Under the pieces are notes generated by a model. It was not told the DNA's origin. It made no database searches and saw only the letters and a program-made list of their open reading frames with translations. Below, piece after piece: positions 62,704 through 64,000 of a stretch of 64,000 nt of DNA. The DNA comes from an uncultured Bacteroidota bacterium (GTDB lineage Bacteria; Bacteroidota; Ignavibacteria; UBA10030; UBA6906). The stretch is from NCBI GenBank assembly GCA_963700635.1, contig CAVOYH010000004.1, positions 544,001-608,000 on the forward strand, in the 5' to 3' direction. The translations under genes and the position numbers were made by a program. The stretch's first letter is position 1. Each line of letters begins with the position of its first letter.

Positions 62704-62815
62704 TGACGTGACCCTGAAACTCGGTCCAAGATTTTGTAGACAAAAATGTTATCTTGGACCAGAAGGAGGGCATATGGGTAAGCAAGGGCACACGGCGGAG
62801 CAAATCATCAGCAAA
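62704..62815 (+). mobile_element. IS3-family left-end remnant with the first codons of OrfA
   Basis: TG-initiated end TGACGTGACCCTGAAACTCGGTCCA; RBS AGGAGG followed by MGKQGHTAEQIISK. Confidence 0.7.
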
Positions 62816-62847
62816 GAGAAGAAGGGAGTGTTGTGGTTCGTGACCGC

Positions 62848-63120
62848 AAACAAAAATGCCCCGATGTTCTGGGGCATTGTCTTATCACGCCATCGTCTTT
62901 TGAATTAAAAGAAATATCTTCAACCAAGTCAACCGTGCGATGAGCACATATCTCTCACGCGTTCGACACTTCAGGACCCTGAGCAGGTGTTGAAAAATTG
63001 TTGAAAGAACAAGGCACCTGCTCGTGCGAAAGCTGCCCACCGAAAACAAAAATGCCCGAATCAAATTGATTCAGGCACTTTCTGCGGGGTGGGTGGGGGT
63101 CTCACAGAACCCTGATGGTG
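62848..63120. repeat. dispersed non-coding repeat, copy 3
   Basis: Matches 57691-57950 with substitutions and a 12-bp insertion. Confidence 0.92.
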
Positions 63121-63121
63121 G

Positions 63122-64000
63122 TTACGTTCGAGCGTATTTCTTAAGAAGAGCCTGAAACCGTGCGTCGCTCCTGAGTGCATCGTAGATCGGATCGAGACGC
63201 AGAAATGGGGGGGTAATGTATTTGGGACCACGCAAGGACAGAAGGTATTCGAGCTTATCGAGCGCCGCATCAGTGTGCCCCACCATAACGAGGACCTCTG
63301 CATAGCTGATCTGGGGCCAGACACCTGCCACTGCGTCAACGGATGCCGGCATCGCCTCTGTTGCGCGCACAGCAATCCGGAGTGCCTCATCCCTTCGACC
63401 GAGGCCAGCCAGGGTGATGGCCAGGCTTTGGAGTAGCCGATAATCGTCCGGCCTTCTGGCAATCTCTGATTCCAGAATAACACGGGATGAGTCGAACGAG
63501 GTTCGGGAACGAACCGTATCACCGAGGAAGCGATACACAAGCCCTCGCAGCTGGGTGACAGGAACAATCTCATGCTGTGACACGCGGAGCTGTCCGGGTG
63601 AGGTCGACAACAGGTTGAGTGCCGCCGTGAAATTTCGATCGTAGATTTCGAGGTGAATAAAGGCGTCCCACGGCGAGTAGATGGTGGGCGCAAGCTTGAG
63701 GATGTTCCTGGACCTCTTTGTGTCGCCATGCCAGCGGAGGTACATATTGGATTTCAACTCATAGGTGAGTCTCTGATCAGGCTGGAGATCAATGGCCTGG
63801 TCCATGTAGACCTCCGCTTCAGGATACCTCCCGAGTTGAAACAGCGTGTTGCCGATCTCACGCGCCATGCCAGCGGAACGGGGATTGAGCCTCAAGGCCT
63901 TCTGGAGTTGATCAGCCGCTTCATCAAACCTTCCCTGCCGGCGCCAGATATATGCAATGCTGGATAGTGCCAGACCATCGCTCGGACGCATCTTCTCGTA
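63122..64000 (-). CDS. C-terminal TPR part of a kinase/TolB-like/TPR family protein (partial)
   Basis: TPR motifs; tail LRLDPIYDALRSDARFQALL; open to the window end. Confidence 0.85.
   Translation of the reverse strand, partial: YEKMRPSDGLALSSIAYIWRRQGRFDEAADQLQKALRLNPRSAGMAREIGNTLFQLGRYPEAEVYMDQAIDLQPDQRLTYELKSNMYLRWHGDTKRSRNILKLAPTIYSPWDAFIHLEIYDRNFTAALNLLSTSPGQLRVSQHEIVPVTQLRGLVYRFLGDTVRSRTSFDSSRVILESEIARRPDDYRLLQSLAITLAGLGRRDEALRIAVRATEAMPASVDAVAGVWPQISYAEVLVMVGHTDAALDKLEYLLSLRGPKYITPPFLRLDPIYDALRSDARFQALLKKYART

Overview
A GC-rich (roughly 55-60%) bacterial window. Four proteins end in a T9SS/Por-type C-terminal sorting domain (QN[F/Y]PNPFN...SG[V/L]Y), which points to the Bacteroidota-Ignavibacteria-Chlorobi (FCB) radiation (inference). 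It carries about 45 genes for signalling, secretion, polyamine, amino-acid and sugar metabolism, and ion transport. At least six genes are split by single-base indels in short homopolymer or dinucleotide runs, most likely long-read consensus errors. Highlights: (1) 12.5-19.6 kb is a co-oriented cluster of RsbW-like kinase, STAS protein, ECF sigma, anti-sigma, a gluzincin/beta-propeller/beta-barrel outer-membrane protein, a PrsW protease and a membrane-anchored tandem-repeat protein. The same 33-bp ECF-type promoter (CCGGCCAACTTTC-N12-AGTARTTA) precedes both the sigma gene and the repeat-protein gene. (2) 2.9-10.0 kb is an operon joining an MpaB/Lcp-like oxygenase, a Pyr4/PaxB-like membrane terpene cyclase and a Ser/Thr kinase-AAA-GAF-PP2C protein. 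(3) A 1688-aa cation-chloride cotransporter/P-loop fusion sits with MscS-like and cation:proton antiporter genes. (4) 55.7-64 kb is a decayed mobile region with a homogeneous family of integron attC sites and no integrase in view, cassette-borne lipoproteins, IS3-like ends and three copies of a non-coding repeat that carries a tRNA-3'-end-like motif and terminators. No intact rRNA, tRNA or CRISPR array was recognised.
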